This document shows positions 1 to 12,200 of a stretch of 64,000 nucleotides of DNA, in pieces. The stretch is from NCBI GenBank assembly GCA_030141605.1, contig JAQGDQ010000107.1, forward strand, positions 124,001 through 188,000. The letters run 5' to 3'. The first letter of the stretch is position 1. Each line of letters opens with the position of its first letter. Made by a program: the position numbers and the translations under genes. The DNA comes from Tubiluchus corallicola. Lineage: Eukaryota > Animalia > Priapulida. The notes beneath the pieces are model-generated. The model did not search any database and had not been told where the DNA came from. It saw only the letters and a program-made list of their open reading frames with translations.

Positions 1-124
1 TTAATTAAAATGTGTGATAGTCATACTTCATATACATTTTAAGCAGATTATATGGATACATCCATTTTATTCAAAGTAAGGTTATGAAAGCCATAACAAA
101 TATTTCATTTTGCTGAGTAAATAG

Positions 125-208
125 TCTATTAGTTTATAAATTATAGATTGGTAGAGTGAAGCCATTTCTATTAGTTTATAAATTATAGATTGGTAGAGTG
201 AAGCCATT
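125..208. repeat. Perfect 42-bp direct tandem duplication
   Basis: tctattagtttataaattatagattggtagagtgaagccatt occurs twice, at 125 and 167. Confidence 0.9.
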
Positions 209-1517
209 TCTTGATTCCCACATTGTTTTAAGTAGACATTTAAAAGGCAATGAACTCAGTAATTGTTGCTGCTGCCTTTCCCACTGCTACTGTTCTACAG
301 TTATAAGTACTAGTATACTACTATTACATTGAACGCTCGCAGGTGCAGATAAAAAAACTAAAAAACAACATGTTAATGTTGGCCTAACAAACTTTGTGAC
401 AATAGGGTGGGCAAAGCATGTAGGAGGGGATTAATAATTATGATTCTCATGCCTAAGGCCGACAGTAAAAATACTTCTGTTTCCATCTAATCACCCGGGT
501 AATTTTATAATTGTTTTTGTATGTTCATATACTGACACACTCATGTAAAATAGTATTTTTTTAAATTTCAAATCTTCTTCTTCCCAGCTTTTCCCTATTA
601 AGTCTCACCGACTCATTCTTTTTAATTTCAAATGTAAAATGCAATAATTATTATTTCAGCGAGGATGCATCCATGTTTTTTGGGTTGCCAAACTCTCCAG
701 GGTTGCCATTTTGTATGATGCTGATTACTGTATTGGAGGCTAGAACGTATAATTTTTTCTGCCTAATCAGCATATTAATGGCTATTAACGCCCGAGTAGT
801 ACTGCCGCTTAGGCGTGATTATCAGATCATATATTTGTACTATACAAAAAAGAGACTACATGATAATTGATACTGTACGACAGTTTAGTAATGTGAAACA
901 AAAAGCTAAAAATCAAAGCGTGATAAATGTGCATTGAAAAAATTTAAAGCATTACTACTAACCAGTGGAAAGTAAACAAACTTCAATTTCAAATGAAATT
1001 GATATTCCACGATTCACATTCACAAAGCTTTAAAAAAAAATTTTCTTCCCTTCCTGCTGCCATCTTTTGAGTTGATGAGGTAAGACAGAAACAATTTTTT
1101 TGTGGCTGGCTTAAGTTACACCGACGTGAACTCAGTGATGAGGGCACCCTCAGAACCAGACTATACCTGCAACTGTTTTTGCTATTCTGGTCATTCCATG
1201 AGTAAGCTTCATCTAGAAACCATCCAAATCCTTGATGAGAGCAGAAGTCAGATAATGTGTTTGTACGAGCATCCACTCTGTCGTACAGAGTGGCAGGTTT
1301 AAGTCAACTGTAAAATAGATAATGCGTTAGCACAACCCACCCTTTAGTTGATTCTTTGAATTGCCTTATTTCTCTCCGTAATGTAGTATTTTAATTCAAG
1401 TCATTGATTCGTCTTATAGGTTTGGTTGGCCATTTTGAAATGTTACATGCTTGCGTAGATTTTGTTAAGCTATCACAGTTGCACCATAATACATGTACAG
1501 TGTTTACGTAATTATAG

Positions 1518-1688
1518 GCAAGATGGTTGCTAAGAAGCGATCAGGAACAGACGACATTGTGGCACGCTTGGGAATAGATTTATCAACTGGCAAACCAGAC
1601 GTTCTTACCGGAGGAACTGCAACTAGAGAGTCTCGGGACACGCCCGTCAAGCCCGCTGCGATAATGCCTCGGGAGGACCGCGTATCAC
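1518..1688 (+). CDS. MTA1: MTA1/2/3-family protein, internal coding exon (upstream exons not found in window)
   Basis: Acceptor ttatag|g at 1517/1518 and donor cac|gtaagc at 1688/1689. Open frame KMVAKKRSGTDDIVARLGIDLSTGKPD...EDRVS. The phase-1 junction joins in frame with the exon at 2167. Confidence 0.8.
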
Positions 1689-2166
1689 GTAAGCTTGTCA
1701 ATTAATTTGAAGGATGTTGCCACCTCTAATTTTTGAAACACGAATACTAGACAAGTAAGGGGAAATTTCACATCATTATGTTTCATCAAATAAGAACTTT
1801 GTTTTCAATAGTGAGCGTAGCTTATCCATCTAGAAAGCTGTCTTGGCTGATGAGATTGCTTGTGTGGTTGACTTAGTCAGTCTTAAGGAAGTACTTTGAC
1901 TAAATGCAAGCAAAAGCTTTACATTTGTCGAAGTTCATTCATGGACTGGGCCATTGTAAACTGTAAATTTCTGTATTTAGCTTTCCAGTTTTTCGTAGAA
2001 TTCACTCGATTCCTAGACAAAACGTAGCTTATCTAAGAAGGTAAAAGAACCTTACTGGGAGTTCAAGATGCTTAGTGCAGCTTGATTTTTCCTATGACTT
2101 GGAGCATCATTTAACGTTTGCTGCATTGCATTGCATTGGTGATTGCAATTCTTACATTTATTTCAG

Positions 2167-2310
2167 AGCGTAAAAGTGCCAGGCCTGCTCGTTCTGTAAC
2201 TGATCCACTGCAGAGAATGTCTGAAATGGTTACAGGTGGCAGCACAGGTATTGGTAACTTGGCACCCACCATCATGAAGAAACGTGCATTTGATCATGCA
2301 GGTGGTGATG
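2167..2310 (+). CDS. MTA1: MTA1/2/3-family protein, internal coding exon
   Basis: Acceptor tttcag|ag and donor atg|gtaagt. Phase 1/1. Encodes (Q)RKSARPARSVTDPLQRMSEMVTGGSTGIGNLAPTIMKKRAFDHAGGD. Confidence 0.85.
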
Positions 2311-2396
2311 GTAAGTTTCCTTAGATTAGTTTCTTGGAATGTGATATTGAGTAGATCAGTCTGGTGCTTGAAATTAAAGTGGAATAACGAGCAGTT

Positions 2397-2827
2397 TTAA
2401 ATCCCAAAAAACTTGCCACACAAAGTTATAGCACTTTGCATCATGCTTAGTTGAAAAATGTATGTAAGTGGGAAAGAAAATTGTAGTGTTCTCGCCACCA
2501 ATTGGTAAAATGTCATTGGCTCACCCTTCAAGTTTGCACTTCTAACTCGCCAAAAAAAACTTATTTTTAATCTTTTTGACAAGTTTCAGCAATTTGTACC
2601 TTTGTTCAGTTAGTGAAATGTGCGCTACGAATGCTCTGATTATTTTTTCAACTTATTTTAAATGACCTGCCATTAAAATGGCTGTACCTGATGGTCGTCG
2701 CGGGAGTTTTCAAGTTTTATCTAGCGATGCTGCTAATACAAGCTCTGTACGCAATAAGACAGCATGTAGGTGATACAAAATTTCAAGGTGATTTTTTTAG
2801 TTTTATGTAAGTAAAGTTTTTTGTCCT
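2397..2827 (-). mobile_element. Kolobok-like non-autonomous DNA transposon, family B (partial), in MTA intron
   Basis: Reverse complement aligns with 46265-46770 and 51857-52468 (e.g. gagcattcgtagcgcaca, cagccatttt). Ends ttgtcct followed by TTAA. Confidence 0.65.
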
Positions 2828-3049
2828 TTAAGTAAGTTTATTGTCTGATTAATCATTTTGACTAAAGTAAAATTAAAACGGCAAGGTTGGTACGATAAAC
2901 AGACGATAAAATAATTGTTTTGTTTTTTTAAAAATAAACATGTTTTCTATCTCTTGCGTACACAACCACAATTTTACATGGGACCAACACCATTCTATGG
3001 AGGAAGAAATACTGAGTCGAGAGAAAAAAATTCAAATTATTATCACACT

Positions 3050-3760
3050 AATTATCATCTGAATATTTTAAATAATTTATTGAATGAAAGTGTATTTATC
3101 AGAGTGCATGGTCATTACGTACAAAATGCCAAAAAGAAATATAAGTACAAATTGATACATAACATATTATAAAACAACATCAAACCCTGATGTATGCCAT
3201 AAACCCAACTATACATACACAAGTAACACTTTAACAAAATCAGGTAACAATAAAATGTATAAATATTAAATTCCGTAAATCCTTCCTATTTAGAAAACGT
3301 TTGCGTATTAAATTACAAACAACTAGTAATGTTTTTTGATTGCCACTTCCTGCCGAAAACAAGTGTCTGTCATCATTATTCATAGATGTAAAGGCAGGAC
3401 ATTTAAGCTTAAAATATCAGTGAAACTTTTTCTCCATTTTGTTTATCACATTGATTAGACTTATCCAGTAGCCAATTATTTATACCGATTATATTCTACA
3501 GATTATATTTATACCAATGGGCTATTTGCCAAGTTCGCCCTGTACTGCGCTCGTATTAAATTTATTGCTAACTCATAGAATAAATCTACAAAATTTTGTA
3601 TTTAAGCTCCCGGCTTCTATTATCGTAAGCAGCAGTTACATTGTTATTAAAGATTTCAGCTTAAAATGAGTGCCCCACCCCTCACTGCCATTAATACTGT
3701 ACTATTAGATAAATGAAGGGTTGTGTTTGGGATTAGCTCGTATTGAATTAACTTAGTGTT
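3050..3760 (-). mobile_element. Decayed non-LTR retrotransposon 3' end
   Basis: Minus-strand remnant FKLKCPAF...LLVVCNLIRKRF resembles the C-terminal zinc-knuckle region of LINE ORF2. Many stops; boundaries approximate. Confidence 0.4.
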
Positions 3761-4720
3761 AAGATTTTGTAATTTTTTATTCCATTTAGCGTTCAGATCA
3801 TTTATCATCGATTAAAAATTGTTTTTATGCTTTATGTTCCCAAGTACTTATAAATTTTTTGCCTTCAAAGTAAAACCTACATTTTCAATAATTGTCCGAA
3901 ACTTGAACGATGAGATGTTCCTTAGGATGCTTTTGCGCTAGAACATGTCAACGATTTTGTCCAAACTCTGTCAAGCATTTATCAGATTCTGTTAAGTGAG
4001 CACTAATGGACAGAGGATAAAAGACTGACCTGAAGACAGATGGAAAACTGCAAATCAATGTACAACTATTAACCAGCCTCTTGTCGAAAACTTACATGTT
4101 CCTTCTTGGCTTGTCAATACATTGGCAATCGCTTATCAGTTTTTCTTAAGGACCATGAGAAGATGTAGTTGAGGTTTGACAAAAATAGCCAACCAATCCG
4201 CTGTATTTAATCAATAATTGAAAAAGACGGCAAAGAAACCTTATACGAGGTGACCATCATGTTGCTGAAAACTGAATATATTTGTTTCTGTATGACACGT
4301 TTCATTGCATTGTACCAAGTAGCAAAGAAATGCTAGATGATGATCTAGTCAGGGGTCAAGTGACGGTCATAATGAAAAATGCAATAGGTTACAGAGGAAA
4401 ATGACTGTTGCTCATTGTTACAGAATTTTCTTGTTTAAAGGGGAGTACGTACACTCAACGTAATTGTTAGTTGGATTGAATTGTGAATTGGATTATATTC
4501 AGTTGAACACAGTCGATAAAATGTTCGATTCTCGGCTTTACATTTTTACATTTCTTACATTTACAAGTTTAATTTCCCAAGTTATTTTAGTGATTGTCTG
4601 CAAACCATTGTCCAGTGTTGACAGTTATATTAAAGATGCTGTAAGCCTCTTATTAGGTACATGATATTGCAAATTAATGTCACATCGCCCATAACAGTCA
4701 TTGCTTTTTTGTTTTAATAG

Positions 4721-4949
4721 GTCATCCAGCAAAGCGTCCTGTGTTGGCTCCTAGTCCTCAGACTGGGCAAATTCTCCAGCGTCCCAGTGCCGTGTACGGT
4801 GCCCAGCGACTGCAGGCTATGATGGGAATGGGTGCACATGGATTCAACGGACGGGATAAAATCTCGATGAACCGCGCAGGAAAAAGACACTTACTGAACT
4901 GGGTTGAGGCTCCCGATGATGTCTACTTCCATGCTACTGATAATACTAG
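4721..4949 (+). CDS. MTA1: MTA1/2/3-family protein, penultimate coding exon (start of R2 RBBP4-binding region)
   Basis: Polypyrimidine tract plus aatag|gt acceptor; donor ag|gtttgt. Encodes GHPAKRPVLAP...KRHLLNWVEAPDDVYFHATDNTR, matching the MTA1 NWIDAPxDVFYMxxEETR motif. Confidence 0.92.
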
Positions 4950-5087
4950 GTTTGTTACATGGAATTTTTTTACCAGATTTCGTTGACATACTTGTGTTAT
5001 AAACAATAGAAATATTAAAATTTAAAAGCAGTAGATGTATATTCATCGCGTTTTGTATCCTATGCTCGAGCTGTTTCTTATTTTTAG

Positions 5088-5208
5088 GAAAGTTCGTAAA
5101 CAGTTGACTGGAATCGAACTGAGAAAGATCGCTCGCAAACCGTGGCGAAGAGTGAACGTGAAAACTCCCGGTTTTGGACGCTCGGATCAAGTCGTCATTC
5201 TCGACTAA
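5088..5208 (+). CDS. MTA1: MTA1/2/3-family protein, terminal coding exon
   Basis: Acceptor tttttag|g completes the phase-2 AGG codon. Encodes KVRKQLTGIELRKIARKPWRRVNVKTPGFGRSDQVVILD-stop (TAA 5206-5208), comparable to human MTA1 KIRKLLSSSETKRAARRPYK...DEPIVIED. Not in the supplied ORF track. Confidence 0.92.
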
Positions 5209-6600
5209 TTTAAACCCATTACTTGTAATGCAAGCTTAGTCGTGGCTACACCACTTAACTCTTCCCTTTTCCATATAGCTATAGTTGTGTAAATAATTTT
5301 AATTTTAGCATTTTCTGCAAAGGTGATGGCACAGAGTGTCATATGCCAGGCTCTTATTCAAACCTGTTCTGTTATTGGGGATGACCACAATTTGTCTCAC
5401 AAATTGCTTGAAATGTGCAGTATTTAGGATAAGATCCGAGAAGCTTTCCAAACAATAGGGGGGTCATAGTCCATTTCTTGAAGAATAGTTCCTGTATAAG
5501 TTGATATTATAAAAAATTACTTTTAAGTCTGAAGCAATAGACTAGGGATATTTTCGTAACTTCTAAACAGATCTGTACTAAGAAATTAAGTTCCTAGAAA
5601 ACACTGTGTGCCACTAGTGAAATGTTGGTTACATCTGTATATAACCTTGAAGAATACTAATGATTTTTGGTTTAGATGACTTGATTTAAGCACAGTTTTT
5701 GTATTACTGTTGCACATATGTTTTCTATGTGTCTTTATCAAGCACTCATATGGCCTGCATTTATGTTTGTGGTTGTATTTTAGGGGATACATGTTATTTG
5801 ATTTCATTGAAAATGCACACACAGGTCTAGGTTCAGGGTATCCTATTACGGATTACACTCAGTAATCAAATCAATATGGGGACCTATGTAATCTATTGCG
5901 TATGTAATATTGTCTGAAATTGTCTTCAGTCTTGCAAGGTGTATTTGATGTCTCAGTCATCTTTATTATCATGTCAGCACAATAATACACGTATTTTTGG
6001 TTGTCAGAAATGACGAATATTTTCAATTTGATTGTATTTATTTGAACGTATTTTGCTTTCCATTTCTTTCTACTGATGCTTTTACAAGCTATCTCTCTGC
6101 TGACTCGCAATAGTAAAATCTGTCTTTATTATATTATACATGTCATAGCATAATCAGAATTATATACATCAAGCCATATTATATTATACGTCATAGCATA
6201 ATCAGATTACTTACATAATCAGAATCAAGCCACGTCATCATGGTCCCAGAAAACATCATAAGCTTTTGTGGTTTTTCTAATGTTTCGTAAAGAGGAAACC
6301 CGTGTAGTTTATTCAGAAGCTTCTAATTAATTTGAGTTCTTAAGTGAACGTAACTGATTTTTTAGTAAGAGACAAATGACAATAATATGAGTTGAAGGCA
6401 AACTCAAAAAGACTAATGCTGAATATTTTGAAAAAACATGTTGATTTTCATGTGTCCGACATACCAATTAAATAATATATAAATTAAATCTGTACTTGTA
6501 TATTGTCTAAATTTGTCACTTTTTGCATTTTTGGAAAAATGTTGAAGTTTCAAACTGGTACATAATACATAAAAGTGTGAGAAATAAAGCTATGTCTGAG
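5209..6600 (+). other. Putative MTA 3' UTR with candidate polyadenylation signal AATAAA at 6583-6588
   Basis: Repeat-free AU/GU-rich sequence after the stop codon; AATAAA lies just before a transposon insertion. The end point is inferred. Confidence 0.4.
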
Positions 6601-6614
6601 CACTAAATTCTTAA

Positions 6615-7222
6615 AGCAAAACTGGACCCAATCTTAAACTGTAGGTCAAAACAAACTACTCTTTAAAATATTCAAAGGAAACATACTTTTTTTCAAAAGT
6701 GACTTACGTGAAACAATTATTACCACCACACAAACACAATTTCGCTTTCGCGTCACTAGTTCCTTGCTGTTTGCCATTCGTAGTTGGATGGGCAGTAGCG
6801 TCTGTATTTCGGAAATACATTGTACAAAAACAGGTGCTGTACCTATCAGTTTACATGTGTTAGTTTGTGACAAACTACACACGTTAGACAGCTTATGTGT
6901 GAGCACAGAGGTGAATTTGAAATGTGAATTTTTATCTTAGAGCTTGCCTAATTTTAGTACAGCACACTGAAATCTTACAGTAGCACTGTACTTCAATTTT
7001 CGCTTTAACAAACTGTGCAACGTACTCATGGAAAGATTTTGTTGTTGAAAATTATTTTAGTTTGTGATGTCATGAATAGTTGTGCTCGTCTGCCGTTAAT
7101 TAAGTTTAAAATCTATTACTTGGTTATCAGAAACAATTTTCGCAGTATTAACTCTGTTAAAATGCATACTTTTTATCTGACCTGAAAATGGAGCAATATA
7201 TGAAGAATTATCCTGTTTTCCT
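6615..7222 (+). mobile_element. Kolobok-like MITE, family A, full length (~608 bp)
   Basis: Flanked by TTAA at 6611-6614 and 7223-7226. Imperfect ~12-bp TIRs agcaaaactgga / tcctgttttcct. Homologous copies at 37076, 48094, 50317 and 33757. Confidence 0.8.
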
Positions 7223-7384
7223 TTAACATTGGCCTGTAAATTAAAAACCTGATACATTAGCATTGGCTCTGAATTGCACATTAGAATTGATCATAAGACG
7301 TCCTCTTTTATACAAATAGTAAATTTTTTCCTTCCTATTGGCACCCTCATTGAACGCCTAGGCATTTATTATTAGTAGTAGTAG

Positions 7385-7630
7385 TATTTTATTTCTCATT
7401 AAAATGATTCATTGTTTTTACAATAAAACTGAGTAAGCCTCAACATTATAGTCATAATGTTAAAATAATAACACTGTTTCACGACAAATGTGTCTAAATG
7501 CAAACAAAAAAGTATAAAACGATTATTTAATTATACGGAATATATCAGAGAATGTAATATCCAATAAGGACATTCACAAACATACAAACTTTTCATATTA
7601 AATTTCACATAACATTTGCATTATTTTATT
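7385..7630 (-). mobile_element. 5'-truncated LINE 3' UTR fragment (same family as 41225-42130)
   Basis: cattaaaatg...aataaaa(c/t)tgagtaa...aatgttaaaataa.aacactgtt...gacaaatg is shared with 41240-41340. Confidence 0.6.
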
Positions 7631-9056
7631 GAAGGAAATTTGCTATGAAAATGTGAAGTGTACACAGACGGCTTGGTTCTGCATGTACAATGTTTAGAGT
7701 ATTTGCCACAGTGTGGCGCTGTATCTGATTACAGCTTCGTTGATTCAGCCAGAGGAGGTTTCAACATTCATTCGCTGAAGCCGGAAGCTAAGCATCTTCA
7801 CCTGAGCGCAACAGGTGCAATCAGCAGACGACGAAATGCTCACTGGCGAGTTAACAAAACAACAATACGACATAAGGTCCAGTTGATTAAAAGTGACCGC
7901 AGGGCGACGTTTTGTCAAAGATTGCTAGAACTTCATGCTTGTTGAAAATACGTTAATTTGGTAACCCTACCTTCATAGCTGTAAGCTGGCATTGCTGTCT
8001 AATGGTGGATGGGAAAAATTCTTGGCGGAAATGTTATAATTTTTTTACGGTAAGTGTTTTTAGTTTTACCAAACGACATACATCATGATACATGTGACTA
8101 ACTTTGTGGGAATTTATCTAAAATGTGTCTGGAATTATGTAAAATTATGCAGAATTGCGTGCTTGACTGTAGCGCGCAGTATTATACGATTTTTCTGTGG
8201 TGCGAAATGTCTATCTATACTACTGTTACGCAAGTCATTAATTTAAGTTACCTCCAGGAAGAGAAGACTCATAATATGTGATCATATCCTGTTCCAGGGA
8301 TATATTAATAACGATGCTGCATGCCATTGAATCGATGAAAGCTGCTCCACAATTATGAGTAAAAAGCGCAATAATATGTACATTCATAATATGACTTTTT
8401 GTTATTTGCTGCAGTGTTTATGCTATTAGAACAGGAGCAGCAAGTCGCTTTCAAAAAAGTGCAAAATTATTATCGTTTACCCGATTGACCTGTAATTTTA
8501 TTAAGCCATTCTGGAAATGGGAATTTAGGAAGTGGGCTCGTTTTTTAAAGAGCTGAGCTAACAGTTTATAGGCTGTAATTAATTCCTAAGTTAACTGCAC
8601 GTTAAAAATGTTGAAATAACATTACAGTTACCGCATCCTCAAAAAGTGGTGAAACTCGGACACAACCGATCATTTAAAGGACAAGAAAAGACCAGCTGCA
8701 TGTTGAGTATGAAATGTCTAGGTGGAAAAGTTATACCACATTTCCAAGATCTTATTTGTATGTAATGCTCACGTTTGCAGTTCAACACGAAAGTTCGGTG
8801 GAGATTTTAATTGCCGTGCAACGCTGAAACGCAGAATAGTTCGCCTTTAGATTGGCACGAAGCTTTTTTTGCGCTGTGAGCTATTCGAATAAAGATGCAG
8901 GGTAGCTATTGCTTACTTGCGTCACGTGACCTGTGATACTGCCGACTCACTGAATAAGACAAGGCAGCATGCTTTCTTTGATTTTGTTCACGGTATATAT
9001 TAATGATCTACTACATAAGCTAAAAAAGCAGATTAGAATGTTACTTGCTAAACCAA

Positions 9057-10150
9057 TTTGTCGGGGCGACTGGTTACGCGGACGACGTAACTCTCCTTGC
9101 TCCGTCTGTAAATGCTTCAAAAAAGATGATTAAAAGATGCAGGGAGTTTGCCACCGAAAATGATTCTATTCAGAAAATGAAAACATGCTAATGTAACTAA
9201 TATTGAAATTAATGGAAAAGTATTAAAATGGCACGATAGTGTTAATCACTTAGGGCGTATTGTCACCTATGATTTAAATCAATCACTGGATGTCATATAT
9301 TTCAAAAGTGGCTTTACAGCTGCTAATTCACTTTCATCCTTTTTTAACTGTTACTTACCGGGTGGTGTAGCTCAATGGTAGCGTGCTCGCTTCTCACTCC
9401 GGAGGTCACGGGTTCAACTCCCGACCGAGTCATACCAAATACTTGAAAATGGTACCGCTGGTTCTTCAACCAAGCACACGTACTTATCGTAGTACGTGGA
9501 CCACCTTGAACGGGTAATCGGGACCATCTTGAAAAGTATTGAGTTACTTAAGGTGATATCCCTGGACTATGTCCTAAACGAAATTATTATTATTACTAAT
9601 AACTAATAAATCTGCTTTAATGAAATTGTTATCTTCATATTTTTTGCTATACATTTTTCTATGGTAGCTCAATATTTGAGTTAACAGACAATAACGATCC
9701 ATTAGCAATGGAATATAGAAAAATTTTACGCCGTGTTTTTCCAAGGAATTCTCATTGTAGTATGACAACATGCTTTGCAGACACGTATCCTCTTACAAAG
9801 ATAATTGTTAAACGTGCTCTGAATCTATCGAAATCAATTGATAACTCTAAAAATGAACTCTTGCGTGCATTGTCAGTCTTAAATACTCAGAATAGCTTAA
9901 CAACGTTGGGAAAGAATAAAATTTTTCTACGTTATTATGACAATAATTATGGTTGCAATGATCGGATTAGTAGTAGCACGTGAATTTTATTGAACGTTGA
10001 ACAACGAAATATTAATACCCGAATTTACGTACGATGAAATTGAAACTATGTATCTAACACTTTTGTTCAATTAATTAATTACTTTAGTAATTTACATTGC
10101 TACCATCATACTAACTTGTCAATGTATGGCATTATAATATGCAAATAAAT
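9057..10150 (+). mobile_element. Decayed non-LTR retrotransposon (RT domain and 3' part), interrupted by a SINE
   Basis: Translates FVGATGYADDVTLLAPSVNASKKMIKRCREFATE (YADD catalytic motif), then INGKVLKWHDSVNHLGRIV. After the SINE it continues LMKLLSSY..YGSSIFEL..YRKILRRVF. Ends in AATAAA plus a (TA)n tail. Confidence 0.75.
9359..9597 (+). mobile_element. tRNA-derived SINE with Meta/MESC-like core and (TTA)n tail
   Basis: A box tagctcaatggtag, B box gggttcaactccc, core gagtcataccaaatacttgaaaatggtacc, tail tatgtcctaaacgaaattattattatt. Second copy at 11563-12200. Confidence 0.85.
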
Positions 10151-10304
10151 GTATATATAGATGATATATAAATAATATATATATATATAGCAGTTTTTGA
10201 GGTGAAAATTCTTTTCCCTTGAGCTAACTGGTCTGTGAATGAATATTATGACAGTACTTGTATTATACTAAAATATCTGAAATAGATCCATTATGAATTA
10301 CAAG

Positions 10305-10382
10305 TTATTATTATTATTACTACTGCTGCTGCTGCTGCTGCTGATGCTGCTACTGCTACTGCTACTGCTACTGCTACTGCTG

Positions 10383-10445
<63 letters not shown>

Positions 10446-10450
10446 TTTTT
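10305..10450. repeat. (TTA)(CTG)(CTA)n trinucleotide microsatellite
   Basis: Directly visible; explains the poly-Leu ORF 10293-10592. Confidence 0.95.
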
Positions 10451-11562
10451 ATTGTTATTCAGTCTGATGCAAAAAGTAAGTCTCCATCTAGCAACCGTAG
10501 TGACTTACATTAACAAATTTAGGTTATTTATCGCTAAGCAACTGACCCAGGCTCCAGCTGGCATTGAAAGCAAGAATGTATGGCGCGTCTGATTTCACGA
10601 TGTGTTTTCACTAAGTGTTGTAGTTACAAAAATATACAAAAACAATACAAACTCTGTATACAGGTTTTCTAGTAAAGCCGATGAGCAAAGTACAGTTTAG
10701 AACCTGTAAACATTCATCATCGTATCATTATAGTTTATTCCCATTACGACTATGTTCAAAAATCAAAATCAATTTATTTCACTCCAGCAATACATATACA
10801 ATACATCAACGTACAAAATTATTGAAAAAAAAGAAACAGTATAGGTTAAAAAACGTTGATGAAGTCAAATTAACCAAATAAAAGAGTTGCTGTATGACAC
10901 CTTGAAAGCTTGGCTTGTTGAGGTGACAGGAAATGAGAGAATGAAAGAATGGTTGGGGCAAGAAGAAATGATGGAATGGAAAAAAATAGTAAGATTAGGG
11001 ATAGGAAGAAGGAAAAGAGGAGAAGAAACAACCACATGTTGTAGTGGACAGGGAGAATTCTAAAATAAAAGAAATCTGCTCTCAATACAGGTAAACATAG
11101 CAGTGAATCCAGCAAAAAACTAACACTACTATGCTGATAGCTTGTCAATAGTAAACATGATTAACAAAATACGTTACACACACATTCACAATTCAGCACC
11201 ACTTCCAGTTCCAATGTAAACATTGGAGTCGAATCAGCTTTTTATTAAGTAATTTATTAAGCATCGAAACCAAAAATTATAATAACTTCCATACCCTACT
11301 TGGAACTTCATAATAACTTTAATGCCTTACTACTGCCACGTTAACTGTTGCTAGTTCGCAATATGAGTGCCTAATTTGAAATCGCAGAGGATTATCATTC
11401 ATGAAAGGTTCTCTTCCTACCAGCACCACACCATCTACAAAAGTTGCCCCTGTTGTTTGGTGTAGTTCAGTCGTTCTGTTGAAAACGTCCTCCTTGTGTT
11501 ATTTAGCTGTGCAGTTACACTGCTGCTAGATGGAACATTATTGACTTGTCTATAGTTATTGG

Positions 11563-12200
11563 GTGTGGGAATAGCTCAGTGGTAACGTGCTCGCTTACTA
11601 CCGTGGAGATTGCGGGCCAACTGTCCAGATTTAAAAATTCCAAAGATTTAAAAATGGTACCGATGGTTCTTCTTTGATAAGCGTACGTGTTTATGATTAT
11701 CGAAGTAACATGCGGGCAGGACTGGATTATCCAACAGGCCAGCGTAGGTTGCAGCCTAGAACTGCTCATGCTTGGGGGGGGGGGAGCTTTCAAACTTTGG
11801 TTGACATTTGTGTTTTTCACTACGGTTATGTTGGAATATATGCTAATTTGGTTGGCAATAAATACTAAAATAGGGATATTTCTTTTAAAGAATATTTTTA
11901 TTGACAAACAAAAGACATGCTATTCTGGTTTATTTAAAGAATTTGCAATAAGTTTATTTCAACCTACTTAAATGTCGCTAAACTATATCACAAGTAAAAA
12001 AATATTCAAGACGGATGCGGCGAGGTAGGGGTGGCTTCGTCTGAGGGTGCCCCATAATTTCATTAACGTAGGGGCCCCAAAAAGCCATAATCCAGCTCCG
12101 CATGCGGGTAATAACTGGAACCACCACGGAAATAAGTATTGAATTACCTACGGTGGATTACCTGGCTTATGTCCTAAACGAAATTATTGTTATTATAATT
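11563..12200 (+). mobile_element. tRNA-derived SINE (same family as 9359), split by a hAT MITE
   Basis: atagctcagtggtaacgtgctcgctt head, ccaaagatttaaaaatggtaccg core, and the same tail tatgtcctaaacgaaattatt. Confidence 0.8.
11717..12100. mobile_element. hAT-type MITE (384 bp)
   Basis: Perfect 8-bp TSD catgcggg (11709-11716 and 12101-12108). TIRs caggactggattat / ataatccagctccg. Confidence 0.88.

Noticed and set aside
1102-1302. 66-aa Cys-containing ORF as an extra MTA exon (GATA finger)
   Set aside because: It does not match the MTA CxxC...W...LCxxCW zinc finger or the R1 motif and has no convincing acceptor. Probably decayed repeat sequence.
1493-1525. ATG at 1493 or 1523 as the start of a small standalone gene
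   Set aside because: The peptide is the C-terminal part of MTA, whose BAH/ELM2/SANT/GATA domains must lie upstream. A good phase-1 acceptor precedes 1518.
9359-9430. tRNA gene
   Set aside because: It has A/B boxes but no proper acceptor stem, and it continues into a SINE core and tail shared with a second copy.
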